A DNA stretch of 64,000 bases from an uncultured Gemmatimonadaceae bacterium (GCA_963716745.1 OY970320.1:3228297-3292296); one strand, 5' to 3'. Shown: positions 21,996-33,971, counted from the first letter of the stretch. Made by a program: numbers and translations. The notes: generated by a model from the sequence alone, not told the origin.

Positions 21996-23086
21996 ATGAT
22001 AAGGAAGATGCTGAGCAGTATCGCTACGCGCGCGCTGGCCGGGATGTTGCTCACGGCCACGCTGTCCGCGGCGAAGCCGCTCCCACCCCGTGAGCCCGCG
22101 CCGGTTCGCGCGACGCTGTCGGAATGGGCGGTGGAGCTGTCGCAGTCGACCGTCCCTGCCGGACCGGTCACCTTCACGATCACCAACAGCGGGACCATCC
22201 CGCACGCCTTCGAAGTGGAAGGGCGCGGCATCGAGCGTGAGACCAAGCTCATCCAGCCCGGCCAGACTGACACTATGACGCTCGATCTCAAGGTTGGAAT
22301 GTTCGAGGTCTACTGCCCGGTGGGCAAGGACTCGCATAAGAAGCTGGGAATGGACACGCATTTGAAGGTGGTGAATGCCACGGCCGGCGCGAGCCCGATG
22401 ATGGCTCCGGGCGTGGGCGCCATCGCACCGGCGAAGAGCATGTCTTCGTTACGGGCGGAGGTCCCGTCATCCAGATCCTTCCCGGCCCGTTCCCGTTCCC
22501 CGACAGCGCTGGACCTATCCTGCAATCGTTCGGAGAGGAGCATGAAGCGCTCGAGGGGCAGATCCAGAATGGACCGTATTCGAACAACGTTGCGCCGATC
22601 AGCGGCACGTTCACGTTCACCGCGTGGGATTTCGGGTCGGTAAAGGATTCGATCGACGCGGTGGCGGAGTTCACGACGCAGGACGGCGCCACGTGGAAGC
22701 TCGTGCTCGATCGTGTACAGACCAAGGATGTCCCGCATCATCCGAAATTCGGCGGCGTGATCCTCGGGCTGTACTACCACGGCAACACCGGCGTGCACAC
22801 GCCGCTCGTGCCCACGATCAACAGCGCCGTGGCGGCGTGGGCGATCGGTCATCTCTACAAGAACGGCGTGCTCGTGACGGACAACGCCTACACGCACGTG
22901 ATGTTGCTGTCGCATACGCGGAGCCCGAAGGATTTCGCCTTGGAGTGCTGGGACTGCTCCGCGAACAAGATCGACGAATTGCAGCTGCAGATCACTCCGG
23001 CGCCGGGCGAGCAGAAATTGCCGGCGCCGGGCGGATTCCTGTTCGTGAATTGGGAGAAGTCGAGCGGTCGGGTCGCGAAGGACTGA
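21996..23086 (+). CDS. Secreted cupredoxin domain fused to an unrecognised His-rich domain; frameshift near 22440
   Basis: RBS GGAGG; signal peptide; PHAF...YCPVGKDSHKKLGM type-1 Cu ligands; a second frame is open from 22442 to 23086. Confidence 0.75.
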
Positions 23087-23161
23087 GGCGGTGGTCCTGG
23101 CGCGAATGGAATAGCTTTATCGGTCCCCGAGTGTTTAGGCTCCTCCGGCGGAGAGACGTGC

Positions 23162-23665
23162 ATGCGTAACCGAGTGATCGCCTCGATCGTGCCCGCCGCA
23201 CTGGTTGTCGCTTGCTCCTACGGGCGGTACGTGCCTCCCAGGCCCGTGCCGCCCACGCAGACGATCCTCCACGCACCGTTTGCATCGGCGTGGACAGCGG
23301 CGATCGCCTGGTTCGGGGAAACGCACTTCCCGATCCAGAAGGTCGATTCGGCGGCCGGCTCGCTGGCGACTCGCGCATACCAGCTCACCAACGCCGACAG
23401 CGCGCAGTGGGCCAATTGTGGCAAGGAGACGCCGGGAGGGTTCGGCAATCCGCCGCCGCCCAGACTCTTCGCCGCCGCGATCGTGAAGATCACGGACCTC
23501 GGCGATTCCGTCGCGGTGCGAGCGAACGTCGAATTGACGATCGATTATCCGCCCGGCTATGCGCCGGAGGACAAGGGCTACACATCGCAGACCGTCGTGT
23601 GCTACTCGACTGGGAAGTGGGAGGCGGGACTCGTGAAGGCCATGCAAGGCGCGCGAACGCAATGA
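23162..23665 (+). CDS. Hypothetical lipoprotein
   Basis: RBS GGAG; lipobox LVVAC. Confidence 0.7.
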   Translation: MRNRVIASIVPAALVVACSYGRYVPPRPVPPTQTILHAPFASAWTAAIAWFGETHFPIQKVDSAAGSLATRAYQLTNADSAQWANCGKETPGGFGNPPPPRLFAAAIVKITDLGDSVAVRANVELTIDYPPGYAPEDKGYTSQTVVCYSTGKWEAGLVKAMQGARTQ

Positions 23666-23677
23666 TCGCGCGCTAGG

Positions 23678-24013
23678 TCACCGCTTCCGGCGAAGGTCGT
23701 CGGTCGCGCGCGAGAGCAGCACGAGATAATCGGTGACGGACATCGTCGCCCCTCGCTTCGGCAGCGCGAAGCGGGCGTCGTCCGGCTCGCCGCGTTGTCC
23801 GCGCGGCGCTTCGTCCACCATGAGATCGCCGCCACGAGATTCCACCGCGGTCTCGAAACGCTCGATCGCATCCTCGATCGCGGCCAGCTCGTCGGGCGTT
23901 TCGTGGCCGCGCAGCGATACACCGCGCGCGGCGATGCGAGCGGCCGTCTCTCGGGCCGCATCCTTGAGTTCCTTCCGCGTCTCCCGTTCCTCACCACCGG
24001 CATGAGCGTTCAT
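23678..24013 (-). CDS. Hypothetical protein
   Basis: MNAHAGGEERE after RBS GGAGG; protein-like composition. Confidence 0.6.
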   Translation of the reverse strand: MNAHAGGEERETRKELKDAARETAARIAARGVSLRGHETPDELAAIEDAIERFETAVESRGGDLMVDEAPRGQRGEPDDARFALPKRGATMSVTDYLVLLSRATDDLRRKR

Positions 24014-24126
24014 CGGTTCCTCCAGTCGGTTGCGCTGCGCCACGCGCCTCTTCAAGCTTAGCGGCGGTTGTCGAAAGGCGCGAGCCGAGTACACGGATCG
24101 GTACACGCTTCGGAGGATCCGCGACC

Positions 24127-24639
24127 ATGAACGCGATCGCCCGTCTGTCCGTTCTCCTGATGCTCGCCGCCGCTCCAATGGCAGCGCAATCACTGCCCGC
24201 CGACTCGCTCTTCGATCGGCTCATCGGCCACTGGGTGCTGCGCGGCACGATCTCGAAGCAGAGCACCACGCACGACGTCAGCTTCGAATGGATGCTTGGC
24301 CGCGAGTACGTCCGGATGCATGAGGTATCGCGCGAGCGCGCGCCGGACGGGAAGCCCGCTTACGAGGCGATCGTCCTGTTCGGCCGCGATCCACGGACGG
24401 GCGAGTACGCGTGTCTCTGGATGGACAACACCGCGACCAGCGCGTTCGACCCCGCGGGCACCGGCCGCGGCATGGTGGCGGGCGACTCGATCCCTTTCCT
24501 GTTCCGCTACACGGCGCTCACGAGCTTCCACACCACCTTCGTCTACAGCGCCGCGACGGATTCGTGGCAATGGCACATGGACAACGACAGCGCCGGCGTG
24601 CGCCGGCCGTTCGCGCGCGTGACGCTCACGCGAGAGTAG
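24127..24639 (+). CDS. Secreted hypothetical protein (DUF1579-like beta fold)
   Basis: RBS GGAGG, signal peptide, FDRLIGHW...WMLGREY...WMDNT. Confidence 0.65.
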   Translation: MNAIARLSVLLMLAAAPMAAQSLPADSLFDRLIGHWVLRGTISKQSTTHDVSFEWMLGREYVRMHEVSRERAPDGKPAYEAIVLFGRDPRTGEYACLWMDNTATSAFDPAGTGRGMVAGDSIPFLFRYTALTSFHTTFVYSAATDSWQWHMDNDSAGVRRPFARVTLTRE

Positions 24640-24752
24640 TGGTGCGAGGGCATCGGCGGCTAGCGGTGAATCCGCTCTGGTGCCTCACTGCGCAGCGCCG
24701 TATTTTCGCGTCCAGCATGAGCGCTGTCGCCACGCCTCTTTCGCCCAGGATC

Positions 24753-26670
24753 ATGACACGTATCGCCAAGCTGTTCGCCGTCCCGGCATTCGTCGTGTTC
24801 GTCGCTGCCATGACGCGTTCGCACGCCGCGGAACCGGTCGCGCCCAACGACAATCGCCATGCGGCGGGCACGCTTTCCAACGGCGTGCTGACGCTGAACC
24901 TCGAAGCACGCACCGGCATGTGGTATCCCGAGGGGGAGCATGGCGCGGGGCTCGAGGTCGCTGCGTTCGCGGAGGCGGGAAAGCCGATGTCGGCGCCCGG
25001 CCCGATGATCCGCGTTCCCGCCGGCACGGTGGTGCGGGGCACGGTGCACAATGCGCTCGACAAGCCGCTCCGGGTGTTCGGACTCGGCAAGTTGCGCGGC
25101 AATTCCGACAGCATGATCGTGCCCGTCAATGCGACCGCCGAGTTCACCTTCACCGCGTCCACACCCGGCACCTACTACTACACCGGCCTTCGCGGGTATG
25201 ACTACCTAGGCCTTCGTGCCAATGGCGACCAGCAATTGAACGGCGCGCTCATCGTAGATCCGCCCAATGCGCCGAGAGTCCCGAACGATCGCGTAATGGT
25301 CATCTCGTGGAACGGCGACGTCGACTCGGTCAGCAAGACCGGCATTGGCGTGTTCACGATGACGATCAACGGCTTGTCGTGGCCCCATACCGAGCGGCTC
25401 GATTACACGCAGGGCGATTCCGTGCGTTGGCGCGTGATCAATCTCACCGAGTCCGATCACCCGATGCACCTGCACGGATTCTACTTCCGCGTCGACTCCA
25501 AGGGCGACGGAACGAAGGACACGCTGCTCTCCGCGGATCAGCAGCGCATGGCGGTCACCGAGGTGGTCAATCCGTTCCAGACGATGGCGATCTCCTGGAA
25601 GGCGGATCGCGCCGGGAATTGGATCTTCCACTGCCACTATGCGATGCACCTCTCGAACTACGTCGCGCTCGATTCGAAAGGCGGCACGATGGACATGCCG
25701 ATGAACATTGGCCACACATCGGACGCGCCGCATCGAGATGTTCGGACTCGTGATGGGCGTCCGCATCGCGCCGAAGGGCGAACAAGCCAAGGCGCCCGCC
25801 AATCCACGCACGATCCGCATTTTCGTACGCGAGAAGGCGAACGTCTACGGCTCGCAGCCGGGTTATTCCTTCGTCGTCGCCGGCACGATGGGCGAGCGGG
25901 ACTCGACGTCAATGTCCATTCCCGGCGAGCCGCTCATTCTCGAGCGCGGCAAGCCCGTTGCGGTCACGATCGTGAATACCACCGATGATCACGCGACCAT
26001 CCACTGGCACGGCATCGAGCTGCAGAGCTACCCCGACGGCGTGCCGGGGTGGAGCGGTTCGGGCTCGCATATCATGCCGGCGATCGCGCCGCATGACTCG
26101 CTCACCGTCGTCTTCACGCCTCCGCGCGCTGGCACGTTCATGTATCACTCGCATTTCAGCGAGGTGAAGCAGATCGGCGGCGGTGCGTACGGCCCGATCA
26201 TCGTACTCGAGCCGGGGCAGAAGTACGATCCGGCCACGGACAAGATCCTCTTCTTCGGCGCGGCCGGAGTCGGTACGAACCCGATCTACGGCCCCTTCCC
26301 GGCGATCCTGATGAATGGCAAGGCGCAACCGTACGACATGGATCTCAAGGCCGGCACGCGCTATCGCTTCCGGTTGCTCAATCTCGCGGGTGACGTGGCG
26401 ACGATCGTCGCCCTCAACTCTGGCAAAGACCCGGTCACGTGGCGTGCGATCGCGAAGGACGGCTACACGCTGCCACCGGCGCAAGCGACCTCACGGCCGG
26501 CCACGCTGATCTTCGATCCTGGCGAGATCTATGATTTCGAGTACACACCATCCGCGCCCGGTGAACTCGCGTTGACGTTCGGACCGCCGCCGAATCCGCC
26601 CGGTCCGCCGCCGCCGGGTCCGTTCACTCCGCCGGCGCCCACGATCACCGTGCCGGTGCACGTCAACTGA
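24753..26670 (+). CDS. Multicopper oxidase with four cupredoxin domains; frameshift near 25735
   Basis: HPMHLHG, WIFHCHYAMH, TIHWHG, FMYHSH motifs; signal peptide. Confidence 0.85.
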
Positions 26671-26679
26671 CAGAGCAGA

Positions 26680-26836
26680 GCGCGTGTAGGCCTTAGTACC
26701 GCTGAAGTGGCGCGTTTGGCAACTGAGCGTATAGTACTCCTCGGCGTGAGTAGCCGCGGAAACCACTCGCGCCTTGGCGTACTATACGCTCGGTTGCCAG
26801 ACGCGCTCCTCAAGCGGTACTAGTAACTACAGGCGC
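26680..26836. repeat. Long palindromic intergenic element, copy 1
   Basis: 58-bp imperfect inverted arms (26680-26737 / 26779-26836) around an inner GGCGTGAGT..ACTCGCGCC hairpin. Confidence 0.93.
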
Positions 26837-26862
26837 ATGTGGGTTTGAGTGAGGGCGAAGCG

Positions 26863-27958
26863 ATGAGATTATTGCTCCTGGAGATCCGCCACAACAAGCT
26901 GCTCTGGCTGCTTGTGTTCGTGCCGGTGCTCTTCGTGTACGAGCACTTCCGGCCCGAGGCGCACACCGCGCTCTTCGCGATATCGGTGGTCGCCATCGTG
27001 CCGCTCGCTGCATTGCTGAGTCACGCCACCGAATCGGTGGGCGCGAAGACGGGCGATGCGATCGGCGGACTGCTCAACGCCACGCTCGGGAATCTCACCG
27101 AACTCATCATCGCACTCACCGCGCTGAGCGCGGGGCAGTACATGCTCGTGAAGGCGAGCCTGGCCGGCGCCATCGTAACCAACTCGCTCTTCATGCTGGG
27201 TGCGTCGTTCCTGCTTGGCGGGCTCAAGTATCACGTGCAGGAGTTCAACGGCGCGTCCGCGCGCTTCCAGGCCGGACTCCTCTTCACCGCAACGGTCGCC
27301 CTGCTCGTGCCGAGTGCGGTGGGCGAAGTGGATGGCGACTCAGCCGCGGCCTTCACCCACACGTTGAGCATTGCGCTCTCGGTTCTGCTCATCGCCGGCT
27401 ACGCGCTCGGCATGTACTTCTCGCTCGTGACGCATCGCGGGACCTTCGCCGGCAAAGCGCACGATGAGGATGGCGAGATCCCGTGGCCGATGGCCGTCGC
27501 GCTCACTACGCTGGCCGCGGTCACCGTGCTCGTGGCGCTCGTGAGCGAGATCTTCGTGGAGTCTGTGACAGCAAGCGTCGTCGGCACTGGGCATGTCGCC
27601 GGCGTTCGTCGGATTCATCGTCGTGGCGCTCGTTGGCGGCGCCGCGGAGGGGGCGGCCGCGTTCTCGGGCGCGCGCAAGGACCGGCTCGACCTGAGCGTG
27701 GGCATCGCAATGGGCAGCGCGTCGCAGATCGCGCTCTTCGTCGCGCCCGTGCTCGTGCTCGTGAGCTATGCGATTGGGCCGACGCCCATGGATCTGCTCT
27801 TCTGGCCGGGCGCCGTGCTCATGATGATGATCGGCACGCTCACCGCATCGCTCGCCACGAGCAGCGGCAAGTCGGCGTGGTTCGTCGGCGTGCTGATGCT
27901 CATGGTGTATTCGATCTTCGCCGTCACATTGTTCCTGCTGCCTCCCCGGCCCCTATAG
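26863..27958 (+). CDS. Ca2+/H+ antiporter (CAX/ChaA family); frameshift near 27570
   Basis: GGLLNATLGNLTE, FVGFIVVALVGGAAE, GSASQIALFVAP. Confidence 0.9.
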
Positions 27959-27968
27959 GAGTGGACCG

Positions 27969-28637
27969 ATGACCGAAGCCGCCGCGAAGAAGCCGTCCTG
28001 GCGCGCGCTCGATCCGATCGACCGCATCTCCGAAGCGCTCTTCGGATTGATCATGGTGCTCACGTTCACCGGATCGCTGAGCGCGGCGGAAGCGGGGCAC
28101 TCCGAGATCCGCACCATGCTCATCGGCTCGCTCGGCTGCAATCTCGCGTGGGGACTGATCGACGCGATCTTCTATCTGATGGCGCGACTGAGCGAGCGCG
28201 CGAAGGGCATCGGCACGCTGCTCGCCGTGCACGCCGCAACGGACGCCGACGCTGCACGGCGCGCGATCGCCGATTCGCTCTCCCCCATGCTTGCCTCGCT
28301 CATGCCGCCCATGGCGCTCGACGCCGTGCGCCAGCGGATCAAGGAGATGCCCGATCCGGCCGCGCATCCACGGCTGGGGAAAGCGGATTGGCTGGCGGCA
28401 TTCTCGTCGTTCCTCTGGGTGTTCTTGAGCACCTTCCCGGTCGTGATCCCGTTCATCGTGATGAAGGAGGACGCAATGCGCGCGCTGCGCATCTCGAATG
28501 GGATCGCGATCGCGTTGCTGTTCCTGTGCGGTTTCTTCTTCGGACGCGAGTCCCGGATGAATCCGTGGGTGGCGGGCCTCGCAATGGTACTGGTCGGCGT
28601 TCTCTTGGTAGGCATCACGATCGCGCTGGGGGGATGA
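27969..28637 (+). CDS. VIT1/CCC1-like membrane protein
   Basis: LDPIDRISEALFGLIMVL, GCNLAWGLIDA, about five TM segments. Confidence 0.7.
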   Translation: MTEAAAKKPSWRALDPIDRISEALFGLIMVLTFTGSLSAAEAGHSEIRTMLIGSLGCNLAWGLIDAIFYLMARLSERAKGIGTLLAVHAATDADAARRAIADSLSPMLASLMPPMALDAVRQRIKEMPDPAAHPRLGKADWLAAFSSFLWVFLSTFPVVIPFIVMKEDAMRALRISNGIAIALLFLCGFFFGRESRMNPWVAGLAMVLVGVLLVGITIALGG

Positions 28638-28648
28638 CTCGCTACTAA

Positions 28649-28828
28649 CGGCGCGTGTGGGCTTTAGTACCGCTGAAACGGCGCGTCTAGCAACTGAGCG
28701 TATAGTACGACTCGGCGTGAGTGGAACGAGCCGCGCGCCCTGCACGTAGTTCCTACGTACGCACAGCGGTACCATACGCTCAGTTGCCAGACGCGCCGTT
28801 TCAGTGGTACTAAGACTCACACGCGCCG
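28649..28828. repeat. Long palindromic intergenic element, copy 2
   Basis: 60-bp arms (28649-28708 / 28769-28828) with a longer centre. Confidence 0.93.
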
Positions 28829-28842
28829 AGCAGGAGGTCCCA

Positions 28843-31326
28843 ATGAACGCGATACTGGACGAGATCAAGTTCGGCTTCCGCACGCTCCGGAAAAGCCCGG
28901 GCTTCGCGGTCACCGCGCTCATTACCCTCGCGCTGGGCATCGGCGCGAGCACCGCGATCTTCAGCGTCGTGAACGCGGTGCTGCTGCGGCCGCTCCCGTA
29001 TCCCGATCCCGACCGGCTGGTGTTCGTCACCAGCGACATGCGGAATCGCAATGTGCGCGATTTCAACATGGCGCCGGGCGATCTGAAGGACCTTCGCGAT
29101 CAGACCACGACGTTCACCGGCATCGCCGGCGTCATCACATTCCCAAGTCCGCTCTCGGGCGACAATATCGCGCCGGAGCAAGTGACGGCCGGCTTCGCGA
29201 CACAGAATCTCATTTCTGTGCTCGGCTCGCGCATCGCGCTGGGCCGCGACTTCAACGATGCCGACGCGGCGCCGACCCCGCCGCCGGCCTCGCCGCTGGC
29301 CGCGAACGCGGCCCCGCCGCCGGTGGATGTCGCCGTGCTGCTCTCCAACGGCTTCTGGAAACGTCGTTACGGCGGCGATCCGTCGGTGATCGGCCGCACC
29401 TTCGACCTGGGCGGCGGTAATCATGCCCATGTCGTGGGCGTGCTCGCGCCCGACTTCGAGTTGCTCTTTCCGCCGCGCCTCAACGTCGCACGCAAACCGG
29501 ACGTGATCTTCGCGGCACGCATCGACTGGGCGACGGCATCGCGCATCAATGTCATCTTCTATTGCGTGGGGCGGCTCAAGCCAGGTGCTACGATCGGTGC
29601 CGCGCGCGCGGAGGTGAACGCCGTCGCGACGGACCTGCGCAAGCGTTTCCCCATCGACAGTTCGGCCGGCGTCTATTTCCGCACGGAACCGTTGCGCGCC
29701 AATCTCATCGCGGATGTGCGACCCGCCTTGCTCGCGTTGCTTGGTGGCGTGGTGTTCGTGCTCCTTATCGCGTGCGCGAACGTCGCGAACCTCGTCCTGG
29801 TGCGCACGTCACGGCGCGAACGAGAGCTTGCGGTGCGCGCGGCGTTCGGCGGCAGCCGAGCCCGGTTGGTGCGCCAAATGCTGGTGGAGTCGCTCGTACT
29901 CGCAGCCGGCGGCGTCGCGCTCGGACTCGCGGTCGCGAAGATCGGCATCGCAATGCTGGTCGCGATCGGGCCGCAGGACCTGCCGCAGATCGGCGCCGTA
30001 GAGCTCGACACGCGAGTGCTCGCGTTCTCCGTGCTCGCCGCGTTGATCGCGGCAGCGCTCTTCGGCATCGTACCGGCGCTCCGTGCGTCGCGTCCGAATG
30101 TGATCGGCGTGCTGCGCTCCGCTGGTCGCAGTGCAGAGCTCGGGGCGGGGAAAGTGCTGCGCAACACTGTTGTGGTCGCCGAGGTGACGCTCGCGTTCGT
30201 GCTGTTGATCGGCGGCGGGCTGATGTTCCGGAGTTTCCTCGCGATCGCCGGCGCCGATCCCGGTTTCGATCCGCGCGGCGTGCTGACGTTCGTCGTGCAG
30301 AATGGCAATGCGACCACCCAGGACGCGCGCGCGGCATTCCAGCGCGCATTGCACGATCGCCTCGCGCAGATCCCGGGTGCGACGGGAGTCACCGCCGGGG
30401 CGCCACTCCCGCTCGATGGCACGACGCAGACCGCCCGCTGGGGAACGGCCACTGCCGTCACCGACCCGTCGACGTTCCATCAGGGCAATGTGCACGTGGT
30501 GATCCCGGGATACTTCGGCGTCATGCGAACGCCGATCCTCGCCGGCCGCGACTTCACGGACGCTGACAATACTCCGAAATCGCAATCCGTGATCATCGAT
30601 GACCTGCTCGCGGCGAAAGCCTTCCCGGGAGAGGTCGCGGTGGGAAAGCGTTTGCTCATTCGCGCGCGTTCCGATACCGCCGAATGGGTGGACGTGATCG
30701 GTGTGGTGCGGCACGAGTGGCATGACGGACTCGCCTCGCCGGGACGCGAAGCGTTCTTCATGACGGACGGCGAGTTCGGATTCGGCACCGCTGCCCGGTG
30801 GGCGGTGCGCACCGGCGGCGACCCCGTGCGGCTCGCGCCTCAGGTGCGCGCGGCCGTGGCGGCGCTGGATCCGACCGTGCCCGTGGCCCAGATCGTTCCG
30901 ATGGAGGAGTACGTCGCGCGAGCCGGCGCCTCGACGCGCTTCGCACTCGTGCTCATCGGTGCGTTCGCGGGGATCGCGGTGGTGCTGAGTGGCGTCGGGC
31001 TGTACGGCGTGATCTCGACCGCGGTGCGTCAGCGCACGGCGGAGATCGGCGTGCGCATGGCACTCGGCGCGTCGGCACGCGGCGTGTTCGGTCTCGTGAT
31101 CGGGCAGGGGATCCGCTTGAGTCTCGCCGGGATCGGCGCGGGTCTCGTCGCGTCACTCCTGCTCACGCGCGTGATGCGGAGCATGCTCGTGGGCGTCGCG
31201 CCCACGGATCCCATCACGTTCGCGGCCGTCGCGATCCTCTTCTTCTCGATCGCGACGCTCGCGTGTTACTTGCCGGCGCGCCGGGCGGCGCGGCTCGATC
31301 CATCGAATGCTTTGCGCGATGAATGA
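28843..31326 (+). CDS. ADOP-type duplicated ABC permease (MacB/FtsX)
   Basis: TLALGIGASTAIFSVVNAVLLRPLPY, LLIACANVANL, EIGVRMALGA, PARRAARLDP. Confidence 0.93.
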   Translation: MNAILDEIKFGFRTLRKSPGFAVTALITLALGIGASTAIFSVVNAVLLRPLPYPDPDRLVFVTSDMRNRNVRDFNMAPGDLKDLRDQTTTFTGIAGVITFPSPLSGDNIAPEQVTAGFATQNLISVLGSRIALGRDFNDADAAPTPPPASPLAANAAPPPVDVAVLLSNGFWKRRYGGDPSVIGRTFDLGGGNHAHVVGVLAPDFELLFPPRLNVARKPDVIFAARIDWATASRINVIFYCVGRLKPGATIGAARAEVNAVATDLRKRFPIDSSAGVYFRTEPLRANLIADVRPALLALLGGVVFVLLIACANVANLVLVRTSRRERELAVRAAFGGSRARLVRQMLVESLVLAAGGVALGLAVAKIGIAMLVAIGPQDLPQIGAVELDTRVLAFSVLAALIAAALFGIVPALRASRPNVIGVLRSAGRSAELGAGKVLRNTVVVAEVTLAFVLLIGGGLMFRSFLAIAGADPGFDPRGVLTFVVQNGNATTQDARAAFQRALHDRLAQIPGATGVTAGAPLPLDGTTQTARWGTATAVTDPSTFHQGNVHVVIPGYFGVMRTPILAGRDFTDADNTPKSQSVIIDDLLAAKAFPGEVAVGKRLLIRARSDTAEWVDVIGVVRHEWHDGLASPGREAFFMTDGEFGFGTAARWAVRTGGDPVRLAPQVRAAVAALDPTVPVAQIVPMEEYVARAGASTRFALVLIGAFAGIAVVLSGVGLYGVISTAVRQRTAEIGVRMALGASARGVFGLVIGQGIRLSLAGIGAGLVASLLLTRVMRSMLVGVAPTDPITFAAVAILFFSIATLACYLPARRAARLDPSNALRDE

Positions 31327-31500
31327 CTGCGGACGGCGCGTCTAGGTCTTAGTACCGCTGTAAGTGCGCGTCTAGCAACTGAGCGTATGGTACTACTCGG
31401 CGCGAGTGGGAACGGCCCCACTTACGCCATGCAGTACCATACGCTCAGTTGCTAAACGCGCCGTTTCAGCGGTACTAAGGCCTACGACCGCCGTTCGTAG
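31327..31500. repeat. Long palindromic intergenic element, copy 3
   Basis: Fills the whole gap between two convergent stop codons; arms share TAGTACCGCTG..GCGCGTYTAGCAACTGAGCGTATGGTAC. Confidence 0.93.
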
Positions 31501-33916
31501 TTAGTCCGTGTGCAGCGCCACCATTGGATCCACGCGCGTCGCGCGTCGAGCGGGCACTAAGCAAGCCGTGAGCGCGACAGCCGTGAGCACTCCCACCACG
31601 CTCGCGTAGATCGTCGGGTCGAGTGGCTGCACGTCGAACAGCAGCACCTGCGATCCGTACGCCACGACGACCGCGAGCCCCAAGCCGATCGGGATGCCGA
31701 GTGCGATCTGCCGAATGCCCTGCCGGAACACGAGGCCGAGCACTTGCGAGCCCTTCGCGCCGAGCGCCATGCGAATGCCCACTTCGCGCGTTCGGCGGGC
31801 GACTGAGAAACTCATCACGGCGTACAATCCCACCGAAGCCAGGAAGAGCGCGATCGCCCCGAAGATCATGAACATCACGCCGAACACGCGGATGAACCAC
31901 GTCGGCTCGGCGTACGCCTTCGCCATGGTCTTCACGCGATACACCGGGATGTCGGGCTCGAGTTGCGCCACGTTCTCTCGCACGGCGGTCGCGACGGTCA
32001 TCGGATCGCCGGCCGTGCGCACCGCGATGCTCACGAAGCTCGCGTGCACCTGCGCGATCGGCACGTAGTACATCGGCTCCCGGGGCTTCTCCGTGTCGCC
32101 GGTGTACGTGGATGGGATGATGCCCACGATCGTCATCCACGGCTGCGTGCTCTTGAGGCCGCCTTGGCGCACGCGCCGTCCGATGGCGTCCACGCCGGGG
32201 AAGAACTTGTCGGCGAACGATTGGTTCACGACGACCACGGGATTGCCGCCCGCGCGGTCGGTCTCATCGACGAGCCGCCCGCGAAGCGCCCGGATCTTGA
32301 ACGTCTCGAAGAATCCCGGCGATACGGAGACGAAGTCGGCGCGCGGCACGTCGTTCGGCGTCGCGTACGCGGCGCCGTCGATCATGAGATTGCCGCCATC
32401 GGTGCCGATCCCAGGGAGCCACGATGAGATCGATGCCGCCTCGACGCCCGGCAGCGCGCCGAGCCGCACACGCAGCTGCTCGTAGAAGCGCGCCTGCTGC
32501 AGCGTGTCGGTGTATCCCAGCGGGAACCCGACGCGAGCCGTATAAGATGTTCGCCGTCTGGAAGCCGGGATCCATCCGCTGCAGGTTGGTGACGCTCTTG
32601 ATCATCAATCCGCTCGCGACCAGCAGTCCGCAGGAGAGCGCGATCTCGCCCACAACCAGGGCCCGGCTCACGATCCCGATGCGCATGCTCGAAGAGCCGC
32701 GCGATTCATCTTTGAGCACTTCATTGATATCGGCGCGTGACGATTGCAGCGCCGGCAGCGCGCCCGACATCAGCGTGGCGAGCACCGCGAGTCCGATCAC
32801 GAATGCGAGCACGGGCGGATGCATGCCAATGTCGATCCAGGAGGGCGGCTGCGCATCCACCAGATACGCATTGAACGCGCGGATCCCGCCGTAGGCGACG
32901 CCGGTGCCGAGCACCGCGCCCGCGGCGGCGAGCACGAGCGCCTCCGTGAGGAACTGGCGCACGACCGCCGCGCGCAATGCGCCCAGGGCGGTGCGCACGC
33001 TGATCTCCTTCGCGCGATGCGCAGCGCGCTCCAGCAGCAGGTTCGCCACGTTCGCGCACGCGATGAGCAATACGAAGAACACCGCGAAGAGCATCGCCCA
33101 CAGCAGTTTCACCGGACCGGGGCCGATCTCGGCGTCGGTGTACGGCAGCGCGCCCGCGGTGATGCTCTCGTTCGTCTCCTTGAAGCGCTCGGCGAGTCCT
33201 TTCGCGATCAATGCCATGTCGAGCGAGGCGCGCTGCACGCTCACGCCCGGCTTGAGGAGCGCGACGGCGGTGACGGTGCGCTGCTCCTCGCGCTTGCCGA
33301 CGAGCGGATCGTCCTGCAACGGCAGCCAGAGGTCGACGTTATCGGGCAGCGAGAACTTCTCGGGCATCACGCCGATGATGGTGTACGGTTGCGCGTTCAC
33401 GCGGATCACCTGTCCCAGCACCGTGCGGGCGCCGCCGAATCGCTTCTGCCACATGCCGTAGCCGATCACCGCGACTTTCGCGCCGGTGGGGCTGTCCTCT
33501 CCCGCCGTGATCGTGCGGCCGAGCAACGCGGGCGTGTGCATGATCTGGAAGAGCGGCGCGGTCACCCACGCGCCGAAGTAGCGTTCGGGCAGGCCATCGC
33601 CGCTGACGTTCATCGTGCCATCGGTGTACGCGGCCATCAGCGCGAAGCTGTGCTGCTGGTCGCGATAGTCGACGTACTCGCCCCACGGGATGTCGCGGCG
33701 GATCTCCTTGTGCGCGACATCGTTGCGCTGCACCTCGACGATCCGCGAGGCGTCGTCGTACGGGAGCCCTTTGATCAGCGCGCCGTACACGATGCTGAAC
33801 ATCGTGGTCGTGACGCCGATGCCGAGCGTGAGGGCGAGCGTCGCGAAGAGCGTGACGCCGGGGCTCTTGATGAGCGAGCGGATGCCGTAGCGGATGTCGC
33901 GAAGGATCGCGTTCAT
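31501..33916 (-). CDS. ADOP-type duplicated ABC permease; frameshift near 32540
   Basis: MNAILRDIRYG, LLIACANVANL, EVGIRMALGA, PARRATRVDP. Confidence 0.9.
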
Positions 33917-33971
33917 GGTCGTCCGGGTGAGGTCACCCGTCACGACGGCGCGCGGGCGCGCGATGTTTCAG

